This document shows positions 17,935 to 31,100 of a stretch of 64,000 nucleotides of DNA, in pieces. This DNA is from a virus. Its lineage: Duplodnaviria; Caudoviricetes. Positions within the stretch are counted from its first letter, which is position 1, and the number at the start of each line of letters is the position of its first letter. The notes beneath the pieces are model-generated. The model was given only the letters and a program-made list of their open reading frames with translations. It had not been told where the DNA came from and made no database searches. The stretch is from the IMG/VR virus record IMGVR_UViG_3300022602_000025; one strand, 5' to 3'. A program made the position numbers and the translations under genes.

Positions 17935-18930
17935 ATGGGACGTCCTATTAAAGCCAAATATTTTGGTAATTTAAATAATGAAAGTTTTGGTTTAGTTAAC
18001 AGCCAAAGCGGTATTGGTGGTGAAGGTATCGCCAATATTACAAATCCAGTGCAACTAGGTAGCTTCCTTGTTAACAGCACAGCTACAGTAACTCCAGCAC
18101 TAGTAATTCCAGCACCTGATCTACCAACAGGCATTCAAGCAACAGCTCAAGTAGTTTGGGAAGTTGAAAGTGTTACTGTTACAAACGGTACAGCAGGTCA
18201 TAACTATCAAACAGGTACTAATGCTACACTAACAAGTTTAGGTGGCGGAGTTGTAGTTCACATCGCAACAGTTGGTTCAGGCCAAGGCGAAGTTCAAACT
18301 ATTGATTTTAACTCAACTGGTTCAAATCGTGGTAGCTTTACAACTATTCCTACAGTAGCTACAACATATCAAATTGTTGGACAAGGAGCAGGCAACGGTG
18401 ACGGTAATAACCAAACACAGGTTAAATTCCGTGTTAAACAAATCAACGTAACAAATGCTGGACGTGGTTATAGCACAATTCCTGCACTAAGTTTCAACAA
18501 CTCTGGTGTTATCGGTACAGGACCTGGAGCTCCAACAGCATGGATGCAGACAATAGAAACTCATGGCCCTGCTATTAAAGGTCTTGCATATCTAAGCACC
18601 GGCTCAAGTGCAGTTACATTTGATATTATCAAGCAAGAAGCTAGCCGTCGTTATCTTGTAAAAACAGCACAAGGTCTAGGCCAATGCAAACTTGTATCAA
18701 CTGATACACTAGCAGCAGGTCAGATGACTATTATTGCAACTGACTTCGGTGGCGCTACATATTATGTTGGCAAATTGTCAGGTCGTAAAGTAGTTTTACG
18801 TCCAAGAACAAATACAAGTACAGCGTTAGTTACATTAGTTACTGACGGTGCAGGACAAACAACTGGCCGTACAGGCTGGACTGTAGGTGCTGCTACTGGT
18901 ACAATCGTATCTATTGCACATACAATTTAA
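17935..18930 (+). CDS. Virion structural protein (G/T/V-rich, beta-structured)
   Basis: 331 aa with strong SD and late promoter. Confidence 0.6.
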   Translation: MGRPIKAKYFGNLNNESFGLVNSQSGIGGEGIANITNPVQLGSFLVNSTATVTPALVIPAPDLPTGIQATAQVVWEVESVTVTNGTAGHNYQTGTNATLTSLGGGVVVHIATVGSGQGEVQTIDFNSTGSNRGSFTTIPTVATTYQIVGQGAGNGDGNNQTQVKFRVKQINVTNAGRGYSTIPALSFNNSGVIGTGPGAPTAWMQTIETHGPAIKGLAYLSTGSSAVTFDIIKQEASRRYLVKTAQGLGQCKLVSTDTLAAGQMTIIATDFGGATYYVGKLSGRKVVLRPRTNTSTALVTLVTDGAGQTTGRTGWTVGAATGTIVSIAHTI

Positions 18931-18968
18931 TTTGTAAAAAATAAGGGGGATTCGTCCCCCTTACTTCT

Positions 18969-19238
18969 ATGTTAACAATTAAACAAAGTTTAGATTGGCC
19001 TAGTGTAGAATCAGAGCTACGTAAACTTGGCAACATGATGCCAATGTTTAACCATGATACTAGACGCTTTATTAATCGTATTGGCGAAATGGTATCAGAG
19101 TTAAGCAAGTTAGAAGTTGAAGCAAGAAGAACACATTCAAAATATTCTATTGACAGATGTAAACATCAAGCAGATAGGATTAACGAAGAATTAAAACAAG
19201 TACACAAAATTCATTTAATGTCAGTATTAAGTAGATAA
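18969..19238 (+). CDS. Hypothetical protein
   Basis: 89-aa helical-looking ORF, co-oriented. Confidence 0.5.
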   Translation: MLTIKQSLDWPSVESELRKLGNMMPMFNHDTRRFINRIGEMVSELSKLEVEARRTHSKYSIDRCKHQADRINEELKQVHKIHLMSVLSR

Positions 19239-19239
19239 G

Positions 19240-19773
19240 ATGCCATATACATATTTTCCAAGTCAAGTCGTAGGACTTCAGCCCGTTGAAGGTGAAATCG
19301 GGTGGAATAGCGTACCGTCAGCTAATGACGAATCTATTGGAAATAGACGATATATCACTATATCAGAATTATCGCACTTATCAAATCCTGCCGTTGGCGA
19401 TCAACGCACACGAACACAAGCATTAGCATGTATTGGATTTCAAGTAACTCAGTTACCTCCTGTAATTTCAGGAATTGAAGTAAACATTAAAGCCCAACGA
19501 GGTGGTAGAGTTGTAGATGAACAGATACAGCTAACGTATCAAGGGCAAGCTATTGGCATAAACAATTTTAAATACCAAACTGATTATTATGGTAATTTAG
19601 AAATACTTAACAATACTACATATGGCGGTACAACAGATTTATGGGGAGCAACGCTAACCCCAGAAATGCTACAAGATCCTAGTTTTGGGGTGATTGTAAA
19701 GTTTCAAGCACACCCGTATACTCCGCATCGTACCGGTATATATTTAGATTCAGTTTCTTTAACTGTCTACTAA
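19240..19773 (+). CDS. Hypothetical virion protein (beta-sandwich-like)
   Basis: 177 aa, starts immediately after the upstream stop. Confidence 0.55.
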   Translation: MPYTYFPSQVVGLQPVEGEIGWNSVPSANDESIGNRRYITISELSHLSNPAVGDQRTRTQALACIGFQVTQLPPVISGIEVNIKAQRGGRVVDEQIQLTYQGQAIGINNFKYQTDYYGNLEILNNTTYGGTTDLWGATLTPEMLQDPSFGVIVKFQAHPYTPHRTGIYLDSVSLTVY

Positions 19774-19776
19774 GAA

Positions 19777-19782
19777 TAAATA
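19777..19782 (+). promoter_or_regulatory. Late promoter core TAAATA
   Basis: Upstream of the AAGGA SD of the 19801 gene. Confidence 0.55.
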
Positions 19783-19800
19783 GAGTAAAGGATCAGATCA

Positions 19801-20913
19801 ATGACTGTAGACGTTTTAAGAGTACAAGGCGATTATCACATAATAACCAACGCATCTACTACTACGAATGGCGCTAGTGGTGGTGGTAATATCACGCTTG
19901 ACGTCGGTGGAAATGGTGTTAACACAGGTACTGTAGTAATTACAGGTAACTTAGATGTTAGAGGCACTACTACACAAATTGAAAGTATCAATGCCACTAT
20001 TAAAGATAATACTCTTATCTTAAACAGCGGTGAACCAAATAATACAACACCCGGTGGTGTAACTAACGGCACTAGCGGTATTATGATTTCTAGAGGCCGT
20101 GCTGGTGCAGATACTCCTAGCATTGGCGCATTTTTAGAGTGGAACGACAATGCTCAATGGGCAGGAACTGGCGTACTATCAAGTGTGCGCGGTGTTTGGG
20201 AATTCCGTGAAGGTCCAACAGGTAGTGGTGCAAAATATTCTGCAATCAAAGTTAATGCTATCCGTATTGATGAAGCCTCTGCAAGTACAGCAGGGTCTGG
20301 ACAAGGTCTTGGAGCCCGTTTAAATATCTTAGGTTCAGATAACCCTACATCAGTTATTAGCGTATCTGGAACAATTAACTATGAAAGTCGTGTTACAGAT
20401 AAAGACGACATTCCAAATAAAGCCTATGTAGACAATACATTAGCATCTGGTATTAATACAGCACAAAGTTTAGTTGACGGCCATTCGTACCTAAAAATAA
20501 TAGACAATTACCTAGATGGTGTGACTAGCGAAGTAATTGCAGTTTTAGATGGCGACCCTACTCAGCGAGTAAATATTACAACCGGAACAGTAGTAATGCG
20601 CCTAACAGCGGCTATTGCTCAGTTCTCAGGAATCCAGTTCATTGGAAATCAAATACAACCGACTGGAACAAATACAGATTTAAAATTAGTAACTAACGGT
20701 TCTGGTCGTATTATATTAGAAGCCCCGTTAGTTTTTAACTCATTGGTGACTCCAACTAGCCCACCAATTGGACAAACAAACTTATATGCTAGTACAGCAG
20801 GTGGTGGTGGTACAGGTATGTACTTCCAGACAACAGATAGTTTAGGTGTAACTACATCAGATGAATTCGTTAGTCGTAAAAAAGCCCTAGTGTTTAGTAT
20901 TATATTTGGATAA
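19801..20913 (+). CDS. Virion structural / fibre-associated protein
   Basis: GNLDVRGTTTQIES...IKDN.LILN fibre-type motif; C-terminal KALVFSIIFG. Confidence 0.65.
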   Translation: MTVDVLRVQGDYHIITNASTTTNGASGGGNITLDVGGNGVNTGTVVITGNLDVRGTTTQIESINATIKDNTLILNSGEPNNTTPGGVTNGTSGIMISRGRAGADTPSIGAFLEWNDNAQWAGTGVLSSVRGVWEFREGPTGSGAKYSAIKVNAIRIDEASASTAGSGQGLGARLNILGSDNPTSVISVSGTINYESRVTDKDDIPNKAYVDNTLASGINTAQSLVDGHSYLKIIDNYLDGVTSEVIAVLDGDPTQRVNITTGTVVMRLTAAIAQFSGIQFIGNQIQPTGTNTDLKLVTNGSGRIILEAPLVFNSLVTPTSPPIGQTNLYASTAGGGGTGMYFQTTDSLGVTTSDEFVSRKKALVFSIIFG

Positions 20914-20922
20914 GGAATTTAT

Positions 20923-21246
20923 ATGGCAATTACAAATGCACAATTAGCATCAACAACTACTACAAAGATATTTTTATCTAGTGGTCAAAATGCCATTACT
21001 TCTATGTTTTTTTGTAACGTAACTACAGGTACATCAGCAACATTTGATCTGTACATAGTTCCATACACAACTAGCAGTAATGCCAGCATTCAGACTCAAG
21101 TTCTTAAGGCTGTTTCACTACCGCCGGCAGAAACTTTTGTATTTGATACAGAAAGATTAATCTTAGAAGATAACGATTCTATCTACGCTCAAGCAAGCGC
21201 AGGTAATGTTGTTACATCAACTATTAGTTATATAGCTACAGCATAA
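20923..21246 (+). CDS. Small virion protein (beta-sandwich), paralog of 31987..32373
   Basis: Shared pattern: ...CNV/ANV...LPPAETFV/IPPNNAASL...KL/RLILE..DSIYAQAS/ASA. Confidence 0.6.
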   Translation: MAITNAQLASTTTTKIFLSSGQNAITSMFFCNVTTGTSATFDLYIVPYTTSSNASIQTQVLKAVSLPPAETFVFDTERLILEDNDSIYAQASAGNVVTSTISYIATA

Positions 21247-21986
21247 TGAAATTTATTAAACGACAACCTATCGATAGAAACAGTCCGATGAGAAACCAAT
21301 TCGCTGTAGAAAGCGATGGCCGCATTGTTACTGACAGTACAAATAGCTTAGAAATTCCAGCTGGAACAAAAGCACAGCGTCCTGCTACTCCTGTTAACGG
21401 ACAATTACGTTATAACACACAATTAGGTACAGGCGATATTGAAGCTTATGTCAATGGCACATGGCAACGAGTATTGACTAATAGACAGGCTACAATTACA
21501 CAAACTACTTTTACTAACGGCGATTACGCAAACACAATCTTTGGTCCACTACCGTATGATGTTAGTGTAAGTTCTCCACAAAATGTTGTGGTAGTAGTTG
21601 ATAACGTTTATCAAATAGGTGGTACAGACTACATCCTAGTTAAAAGCACACCATCAAACATTCTAACTACTTCTACTACGATTATTAGAAACGAACCAGC
21701 AAACACCACAACATTGTATGTTTCTGAAATCGCAGACTTTAATATCGGCGCAACTTTGTCAGGAACGGGCGTTAACGGATCTGAAGTAGTAGGATATAGC
21801 ATCACAGCAAGCACATTAACAATTTCTCCGGGTTCAATCTCTCCAATTTCATCAGGAACTGTGATTACAACCTCGTTTGGAACTGGCACTTATGTAGTGT
21901 TTACCCCAGGCTCTTACCCAGTACCTAGTGTACCTGTCGTAACAATACAAGGATTTGATGGTTACGGCGCTCCTTTTGAATCCTAA
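21246..21986 (+). CDS. Virion structural protein
   Basis: LEIPAGTKAQRP...GQLRYNT...IEAYVNGTW motif typical of T4-like tail/baseplate accessory proteins. Confidence 0.65.
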   Translation: MKFIKRQPIDRNSPMRNQFAVESDGRIVTDSTNSLEIPAGTKAQRPATPVNGQLRYNTQLGTGDIEAYVNGTWQRVLTNRQATITQTTFTNGDYANTIFGPLPYDVSVSSPQNVVVVVDNVYQIGGTDYILVKSTPSNILTTSTTIIRNEPANTTTLYVSEIADFNIGATLSGTGVNGSEVVGYSITASTLTISPGSISPISSGTVITTSFGTGTYVVFTPGSYPVPSVPVVTIQGFDGYGAPFES

Positions 21987-22010
21987 TCATTTGATTTAAA
22001 ATTTCCGTAA

Positions 22011-22107
22011 TAAATACAGTTGATGCTGGATCTCTAGCAGAACATACTGTGGTAAACCCGCAATGAAAGGTGGTTATCCGTGAAACACGGTGTATTGAGG
22101 AGCTAAC
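22011..22107 (+). promoter_or_regulatory. Late promoter plus structured 5' leader of the giant gene
   Basis: TAAATA at 22011, hairpins at 22024-22039, 22048-22062 and 22078-22090, closing ATAC/GTAT, then GAGGAG SD. Confidence 0.55.
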
Positions 22108-25100
22108 ATGGCCGTAGGTCGCATTACGGGGCCAATGCTTGCGGATAACCTTATCCGTAATGGCGTTGACCTAGCATTTGAAACTAATTTATTATTCCTT
22201 GACGTCATTGATGGCCGCATTGGTATCAGTACCGCGACTCCGCAATACCAATTAGATGTTAACGGCACAGCCGCACTACAAAATCTAATTGTTCCACAAA
22301 AATCAACCCTAGCGAATTTTGTAATTACAGGTAGCAGTATCACTAATACTGTTGGTGATGTATTCATCTCTGCAGGACCTGAAGGGAAAATTCGTTTACA
22401 AAATTCAGTAGAAGTTACTGGAAATATCCACGCTACTGGAAACATTACAGCAGACGGTAATGTACAAATTGGTAACATTACTGGTACAGATACTGTTAGC
22501 GTATTCGCTAACTTTACATCAGATCTTATTCCACAAACACCTGATAATTATAATCTAGGTAGTGCAGATAAGACATGGGCTAACGGTTATTTTAATAACG
22601 TAGTAGCTGATTCAATATTAGGATTCACCGGCCAAGAAATTAACATTGGTCAAAAACTAGACCGCACAGGTAGTGATATCAATGTAGGTCCTATTGTTAA
22701 TCCAACAATTAATTTAAATGGTCCTGTACGCATTTGGGGAGATAATCCACTAGGTACAAGTCCAACAGTTTCAAATATTTTATATGTTAGCATGGACGGC
22801 GACGACACTAATGATGGTCGTGCTGCAGATGCTAGCCGTGCTTGCCGTACAATTGGCGGAGCAGTAAAATCTCCTTACTACAAATACGGTACAAGTATTA
22901 AAGTTGCACCAGGTCACTACTACGAAAATAATCCAATTGAATTAAAACCTTATACTTCAGTTATCGGTTCTGACTTGCGTACAACAAGTATTGAGCCAAT
23001 TAATAAGACTCAAGACTTATTCCATGTGCAATCAGGTAACTATCTTGCACAGATGCAGTTCTTAAACGGTCAATCAGGTTTATTACCTGGTCCTGGTTAT
23101 ACTCCAGGCACTAACCGTGGCGCATACTGTGCGGCGTTTCCACCTAACTATGGCGGAACAAAGATTGACGTATTCCACTCACCATATATTCAAAACTGTA
23201 CAAACCAATCTGGTCCATGGTTAATGGATGGAACAATGTTCTTTCCTAACTCTACAGTACAGCTTCCAAGTGCAGTAGGTACAGGTACATGGGCGATTAA
23301 TACTACATCAATTACAGTAAGTGTTAGTGAAGGAACAATCCAAGTTGGGCATTCAGTAAACGTTGGCCCAACACCTCAAGATTATGTAAATGCAAGAACA
23401 TTACTGTTAGCTAACTTACCTTTCTTCCAAGAACAAGTAATTGCGTATGTCGATGAAAATAATACTTTGTTTGGGTACAACAAAGAAAATTGCATTAGAG
23501 ATACTGGACTAATCATCGACAGTATGGTTGCTGACTTAGTGTTTGGTGGTAACGGATATACACAAAGCAATTTTGCAGGTTTACAATATTGGAGCCAACA
23601 AGGATATACAGGACAAATTGGCAACGAGTTATCGACTACAACAAATGCTCTAAGCTATGTACAAATTTTAGCAGAAAAACTCGTTGCTAATAATACAAGC
23701 GGTCCTCGCTATCAATCAACACTAACACAGACATTAGGTGTGGCGTCAACACAGTCTGCGGCAACTATCGCTAGTGAATTTACAACTATTATTAATATTT
23801 TAAATTCAGGTACTGTAGGCGTAACAGATCAAATTGTTTCAAATGGCATAACAGTTGTTTCAGCTGACGCACAAAACGCATTTAACACTTTACAAGCCAA
23901 CAAAGCATATATCCAAGCAGAAGCGGTTGCGTATGTTAACGCAGCTAATCCTGGATTTGTTTATGATCAAACAAAATGCTACCGCGACATAGGATATATT
24001 ATTGACAGCGTATCATTTGATATTCTTTACGGTGGCAATCGCCAAGCGATTCAAAGTGCTGTTTTATATTATGGATACTCTGACACTGACAGCATTGTTG
24101 CTTCAGAAGCACCACAAGTAACTGCGGCTTATTATAGAATTAAAGATATTGTATCACAAATTGTAATCAACCAAGTTATTACAAAATCAGAAGGTAACCT
24201 TAGCTCACAGAATACTAGCTTACCATCGGCTACAAGTAGTGAAGCACAGACATTACAGTCAATGGTTAATTTAATTACAGAAATTATTAACGCTGGTCCT
24301 AATTCTGCATTAACTCTTAAACCAATTAGTGTAACTAAGTCAGCTAACACTAACATCTTAAATGCGGCTGCTATTTTAAGAGCTAACAGAGCATTTATTA
24401 TCACGGAAGTAATCAGCTACGTTGATCAATTCTATAATAATAAGTTTGCTTACAATGAACCTAAATGCTATCGTGACACTGGATTGATTGTTGATTCTAT
24501 CGCGATGGACATATTATATGCAGGTGATAGTCAGACTACATTTGCAGGCTTGCAGTATTGGAATCAAGACTTAGGCTATACAGGTGCCATTGGTGCAGAA
24601 ATTACAACTACAACTAATGCGATCCAATACCTAAAACAACTTGCTCAATCAATTATTGTTAATGCAACAGGTACAACTTATCAAAATACAGTAACGCAGA
24701 TATTAAGCAGTGCTGCTACCGTGGCAGAACAAGTTACTGTTGGTAAAGAATTTGATTACATTATAAACATTTTGAATACTGGAACAGCAGGAGTAACAGA
24801 CTCCATAGTTCCAAACGGTATAGCAACAACTTCAACAAATATTCTAAATGCTTACAGCTTGCTACAAGCAAACAAACCATTTATGCAAGCAGAAATTGTT
24901 GCATGGGTGGCTGCAAACAATCCTGGATTTGACTATAATCACGCAACATGCTATCGCGATGTAGGATACATTATTGACAGCATCAGTTTTGACCTTGTTC
25001 ATGGAGGTAACCGCCAAGCCTTCCAAGCAGGTGTTTACTATTATTCGTACGATGCTAATTCAACAGCGGTACCAAACGAAGTTCCTCAAGTAGTCGCGGC

Positions 25101-28100
25101 ATACGATCATATTAAAAATATTATTGGAAAAATCCTAACTGGTCAAACTGTTAATCCAACAACAGGAAATACTTCTACACAAGTTACTGCGCTGTCAACA
25201 GCAAGCTCTGGAGTAGTTACAACAGCTTACGGTTTAATTGATAATATCACAAACATTATTAATAATGGCCCTTCAGTTGCCGGATCTAAAACTCCAATTA
25301 GCCTAACACCAAGTGTTGATCCTAACACAGCGTATGCTTACAACATGTTGATGGCTAACAGAGCATTTATACAAGCAGAAACTATTGCTTACACTAACTT
25401 GTTTAATCAAGGCTTTGTCTATAACCGAGCAAAATGTAAACGAGATATTGGTCTTGTTGTTGAAAACATTGCCTATGACGTTGCCTTTGGTGGAAATGCA
25501 AAAACTGTTGAAGCAGGTCTTGCTTATTGGAATGGTGTAACAAGTTATATTCCAAACGAAATCACAACAACTACAAATGCCTTTACATATCTAGGGGAAC
25601 TTGCGGTTGATGTGTTAGCCAATGTTACAGCAACTAATTTATTAAACACATATCAAACAGCACCACAAGTTATTAACTATGTGTTGACTAATGGTTCAAC
25701 AGCCGCACCGTTAGTAACAAAACTAATTGGTGTTATGAATAATATTATTCAAAATGGTCCATCTGTGGCTCCTCCGGTACAAACAGGAAACGGACCAGAT
25801 TGGGGTTCTGTAAGTGCTGAAGTATTATTACAGGCTAACAGAAGATTTATTCAAACTGAAGTTATTAACTGGGTAGATGATAATTTTCCAAACTTTATCT
25901 ATAGAGAAGATCTATGCTATAGAGATACTGGTCTAATTATTGACGCGATTAGTCAAGACATTATTTTAAATGCTAATGCTAAATCTATTGAAGCAGGTCT
26001 TACATACTGGACCGGTGGTGTTAACTCTGTAGCTAAAGAATTAACTACAACAACAGCTGCACTGAACTACGCTAAATCATTGGCATTACAGATTATCAAC
26101 AATACCACAGTTACTACATCAGCATTTACATTTACATCTGCTAAATGTGCTCGTGACACTGGATTAATTGTTGATGCACTGGCTCAAGATTTATTATTTG
26201 GCGGTAACAGCCAAAGTACGTTTGCTGGCATCCAATATTGGAACCACGGTAATTATGTTGGAAACATTCCAAATGAAATCACAACAACAACAGCCGCATT
26301 GAATTATATCAGTAGCGTTGCTCAAAAAATTGTTCTTAATGATTTCTCAGGACCACGCTATCAAAATACAGTAACACAAGTGGCTACAGTTCCTGCAACT
26401 AACGCACAGAAATCTACAGTGGCTAACGAGTTTTCAGTTATCACAAACATTTTAACAAATGGCGTGACAGGAATTACAGATACAATTATTCCTAACGGAT
26501 TTACAGCAAACACAGATTATAATGTTGTTAATGCTTTCACAGCACTACAAAATAATAAGTCATATCTGCAAGCAGAAGTTATTGCATGGATTGAAGCTAA
26601 TAAGAGTTTCAAATATAATCAAGCAAAATGCAGTCGCGACACAGGATTGATCGTTGACAGTATTATTTTTGACTTGTTATATCCATCAACACATGGATCT
26701 AGTCAAGCAACTTTTGCGGCATTGTCATATTGGAATCAAGACAGCGGATACATTGGCTCTATTGGTAATGAGTTAACAACAACAACTAACGCAATTAATT
26801 ACGTAAGTAATCTAGCACAAGCTGTGGTTCAAAATATTACAGCAGGTACAAGATATCAAAATGCTGTACCTCAAGTTACAGGAACCGCTGCCACAACAGC
26901 TGAAGCAACAATATTACAAACAGAATTTAATTTAATTACTCATATTATTAATTCTGGAACATCTGGTGTAACTGATCTAATCGTTCCTAACGGTATTTCT
27001 GCATCAACATCTACAAACATTAATAGTGCTTATACATTACTACAAGCAAATAGAGCATACATTCAAGCAGAGGCTGTAGCATTTGTAGAAGCAACTAAGA
27101 CAGCCGGATTTGTTTACAATCCAGATACTTGCTATCGCGATGTTGGATACATGATTGACTCTGTGAGCTTTGACTTATTGCACGGCGGTAATCGTCAAGC
27201 AATTCAATCAGGTGTATACTACTATACATTTGATAGCACATCAACTTCGATTGCAGGAGAAATTCCGCAAACTATCGCAGCTTATCAATATCTTGACACT
27301 CTAGTTAAATCTATTGCACAAAATATTGTTATCACTCCTCAACAAACAGATGTGGCGCAAGTTACTACTGATTTAATAAGTGCAAATGGCTCAGTGATCA
27401 ATAGCATTGGCGCTGAAACAGATAGAATTATTAAAATTCTTGAAAATGGACCAAGCGAAGTTGCGTACAAAGAACCAATTGGACTATCTGAAACATCAGA
27501 CGGTAATTTAATCATAGCTGCAACTAACATTTTAGCTAACAAGGCATTCATCCAAGCTGAGGTAATTGCTTATATCAATAAATTCTTTGCTTTCAACTAT
27601 AATGTTGAAACATGCCAACGAGATATAGGATATATTATTGATAGTGTGAGCTTTGACTTGTTATATGGCGGTAATCGTCAAGCAATTCAATCAGGTGTAT
27701 ACTATTGGGGTTACAATAATACCAGCACAAGTTTGCCAAGAGAGCAAAATGCTTCCACACAAGCATACAATTACATGAGTCAAATTATCTCAAGTATTGT
27801 AACAGCTACACCGTTGCCACTAACTTATCAAACAGCGGTTACCCAGGTAACTAATTTACCTGCGGCGACATCAAATGAAGCAGCCTCAATCGCAACTAAT
27901 GTTGAATTAATTACTACTATCATCAATAATGGTCCTGCATCAGCACCAGCTAAGAAACCTATTGGTCTTGTACAAAGCAATAATGCGTTTGTTAATAATG
28001 CAGTTGCACTACTAGAAGCAAATAGATCATTTATACAAGCAGAGGTTATTGCGTTTGTTGATGCAACAATCGTATCTAATCAACAGGTTATTAACACATT

Positions 28101-31100
28101 CTATAACAAAGGTGCTAACGCTACATTATCTGTAACACGTAACTTTGATTTAATTACAAATATTGTTAATAACGGTCCAGGTGTTGCACCTACAAGCACA
28201 CAAGGTAACGGAATTTATAACTATACTGGTCTTGTAGGAGATGACGTAAGAATTGCTCCAACCGTAACTTCAGTAACAACAGTAACTACTGGAACATATC
28301 TAGTGACACTAAGTCAAAGTACTGTTGGTTATGGTGATAGTACTACTTTATACTTTGGTGATACACTGGTGTTCCCACTATTAGATAGTGCTATTCCAGA
28401 TCGTTGGCAACAACGCCGTATTAATCCATATGGATCTATGGGCGGTGCTCTTGTAGACGGTGCTGTAGTTTCAGCTCGTTCACCAATTAACTCTTTCGTG
28501 TTTGATGCGTTTACTCAAGTTAACCAGGGCGGTATCGGTATACACATTAACAACAACGGATACGCACAGTTAGTTTCTGTGTTTACGATCTTCTGTTCAA
28601 CCGCTGTATTAACAGAGAACGGTGGTATCGCTTCTATTACTAACTCTAACGCCAACTTTGGTGATCAATGCTTAGTATCTAAGGGCTATGGAACAAGAGA
28701 ATTTAGTGGTTACATTTATAATCCACCAGTGGCTCCATATTATCCAAACGGTGTATACCCACAGAGCGGTAGCGTGGAAGTTTATATCGCTGATCCAGGC
28801 CTACGTCCACACATTTCATTGATTATGGAAGTTGAGCCACCAGAAGGTTATAAAAACTATCAAGGACTTCCTGGTTTCTTAACAGGTAATACAAACATCG
28901 GAGTTCTTACAACAGGAACAATTTTAATTACTGGTATTGATAATACAGGAATGGTTGTAGGTCAAAGTTTCTATGTAGTTGACCAATACGGTCTCCAAGT
29001 AGATGCAAATAACCAACCTTATGTAACTCCTGGTACAATCGTTGCTGATGTAGCGTATCAAAGCGTTACACTAAATTATCCATTGAATAGTGGTGGTGGC
29101 GATCCTAATAACAGTAACTACTTCAATCTATATACATCTGGTAATGCGTACTACACAGTACTGTCAAGTACTGTAGCACCAGATCCAATTACTCCAGGTA
29201 CACTATTGCTTCCAGGAGTACAAAATCTTCAAGAAGATGTGGCATTAGGATTCTTAGGAACATTAACTTCTTATATTATTTCTAATACTCCTGTAACTCC
29301 ATTGCAAACAGCAACTACACAAGTGTACGACTTGAGTTTAGTCGGTGGTGCAGGTGCAGAATCATTCATTGTAAACGATTTAAACATCATCGGTAGTATC
29401 TTAGTAAACGGATACTCAAGTGCTCCAACAGTAACAACTAGTGGAACATTACCAACAGGTGCATCACAAGCGGCCAGCTTGTTAAATGATAACCGTGCGT
29501 TCATACAAGATGAAGTAGTACAATACATTAATAACACATATCCGCCATTCACATATAATCAACAAACTTGCTACCGTGATACAGGATTGATTGTTGATGC
29601 TATTGCACAAGACTTATTATTCTTAACAGATAGCCAATCAACATTTGCTGGTATCCAATACTGGAATCAAGTAAGTTACACTGGTGCTATTGGTTCAGAA
29701 ATTACTACAACGACAGCTGCGATTTCTTATATTAAAACATTATCACAACAGGTAATTCAAAATATTACTGGTGGTACTCGTTATGGTACAGAAACACAAA
29801 TTACAGGTATCGCAGGAACTATTGATGAATCTAACACTATTGGTGCAGACTTTGATTTAATATTATCAATATTAAACACAGGTACAGCTGGTGTAACAGA
29901 TTTAATTGTCCCTAATGGAATCACAACAAGCACTAATGCCAACGTGGTTAACTCATATAACTTGTTGCAAGCTAACAGACAGTACATCCAAAGTGAAGCT
30001 GTTGCGTTTGTTGAGTCAACTAAGACTCCTGGATTTGCATACAATACAGCAACTTGCTATAGAGATGTAGGATACATCATTGACTCTGTAAGTTTTGACT
30101 TGTTATATGGCGGCAACCGTCAGGCAATTCAAAGTGCTGTTTACTATTACGGTTACAGCACAACTTCAAGTTCAGTATCAAATGAGCTACCAGAAGTAAC
30201 AGCGGCATATCAACACCTAAGCATTATTGCTGATCAAATTATTAGAGGCGAGACTGTAACAACATATCAATCAACTGTTACACAAATTGCATACTTACCA
30301 AAAGGTACAAGTGCAGAATCAACTATTGTTGCTGACAGACTTAATTTGATTACTAATATTATAAACAATGGTCCATATGTTGTCAACGGTCCGTTGCCAG
30401 TAACAACTTGCACAGACATCAACGCTGTAAATTCAGCTATGATGATTGAACAAAATAGAAACTTTATTATTGCTGAAACAAATGCGTATATCAATAGTGC
30501 GTTCCCAGGATTTGTATACAACACAGCAACATGCTCACGTGATACAGGATTGATTGTTGATGCGATCGCACAAGACTTAGCGTTTAACAGCTTCAGTCAA
30601 ATTTATTTTGCAGGCGAACAGTATTGGAATCACAACGGATACGTTGGTGCTATTGCAAGTGAACTAACAACTACTACAGCCGCTATCAACTACGTTAAAA
30701 ATCTAGCACAGAAAATTGTGTTGAACGATACATCTGGTCCACGTTATCAGTCAATCGCAACTCAATCTACATCATTAAGTCCTGCAACATCAGCAGAAGC
30801 ATCTGCGATTGGCGCAGACTTCAATGTTATTCTACAGATTCTAAACACAGGAACAAGCGGTGTAACAGATTTAATTGTACCAAACAGCTTAACTCCGAGT
30901 GGAAGTTTCAACGTTAATGTAGCATTTGAAAACTTGCAAGCAAACAAAGCATATATCCAAGCAGAAGCAGTTGCGTATGTTGACGCAATTAAATCTAGTG
31001 GATTTAATTACAATTCAGAAACATGTTATCGCGATGTTGGATACATGATTGATGCAATTAGTATTGACTTATTATACGGTGGTAATCGTCAAGCTGTACA

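Noticed and set aside
22048-22090. Assignment of the giant-gene leader as a c-di-GMP-I riboswitch
   Set aside because: The resemblance is only superficial (GGTAAAC, GAAA); the GCAAA-type second stem and P1 architecture are not matched, so it is kept as an unknown structure
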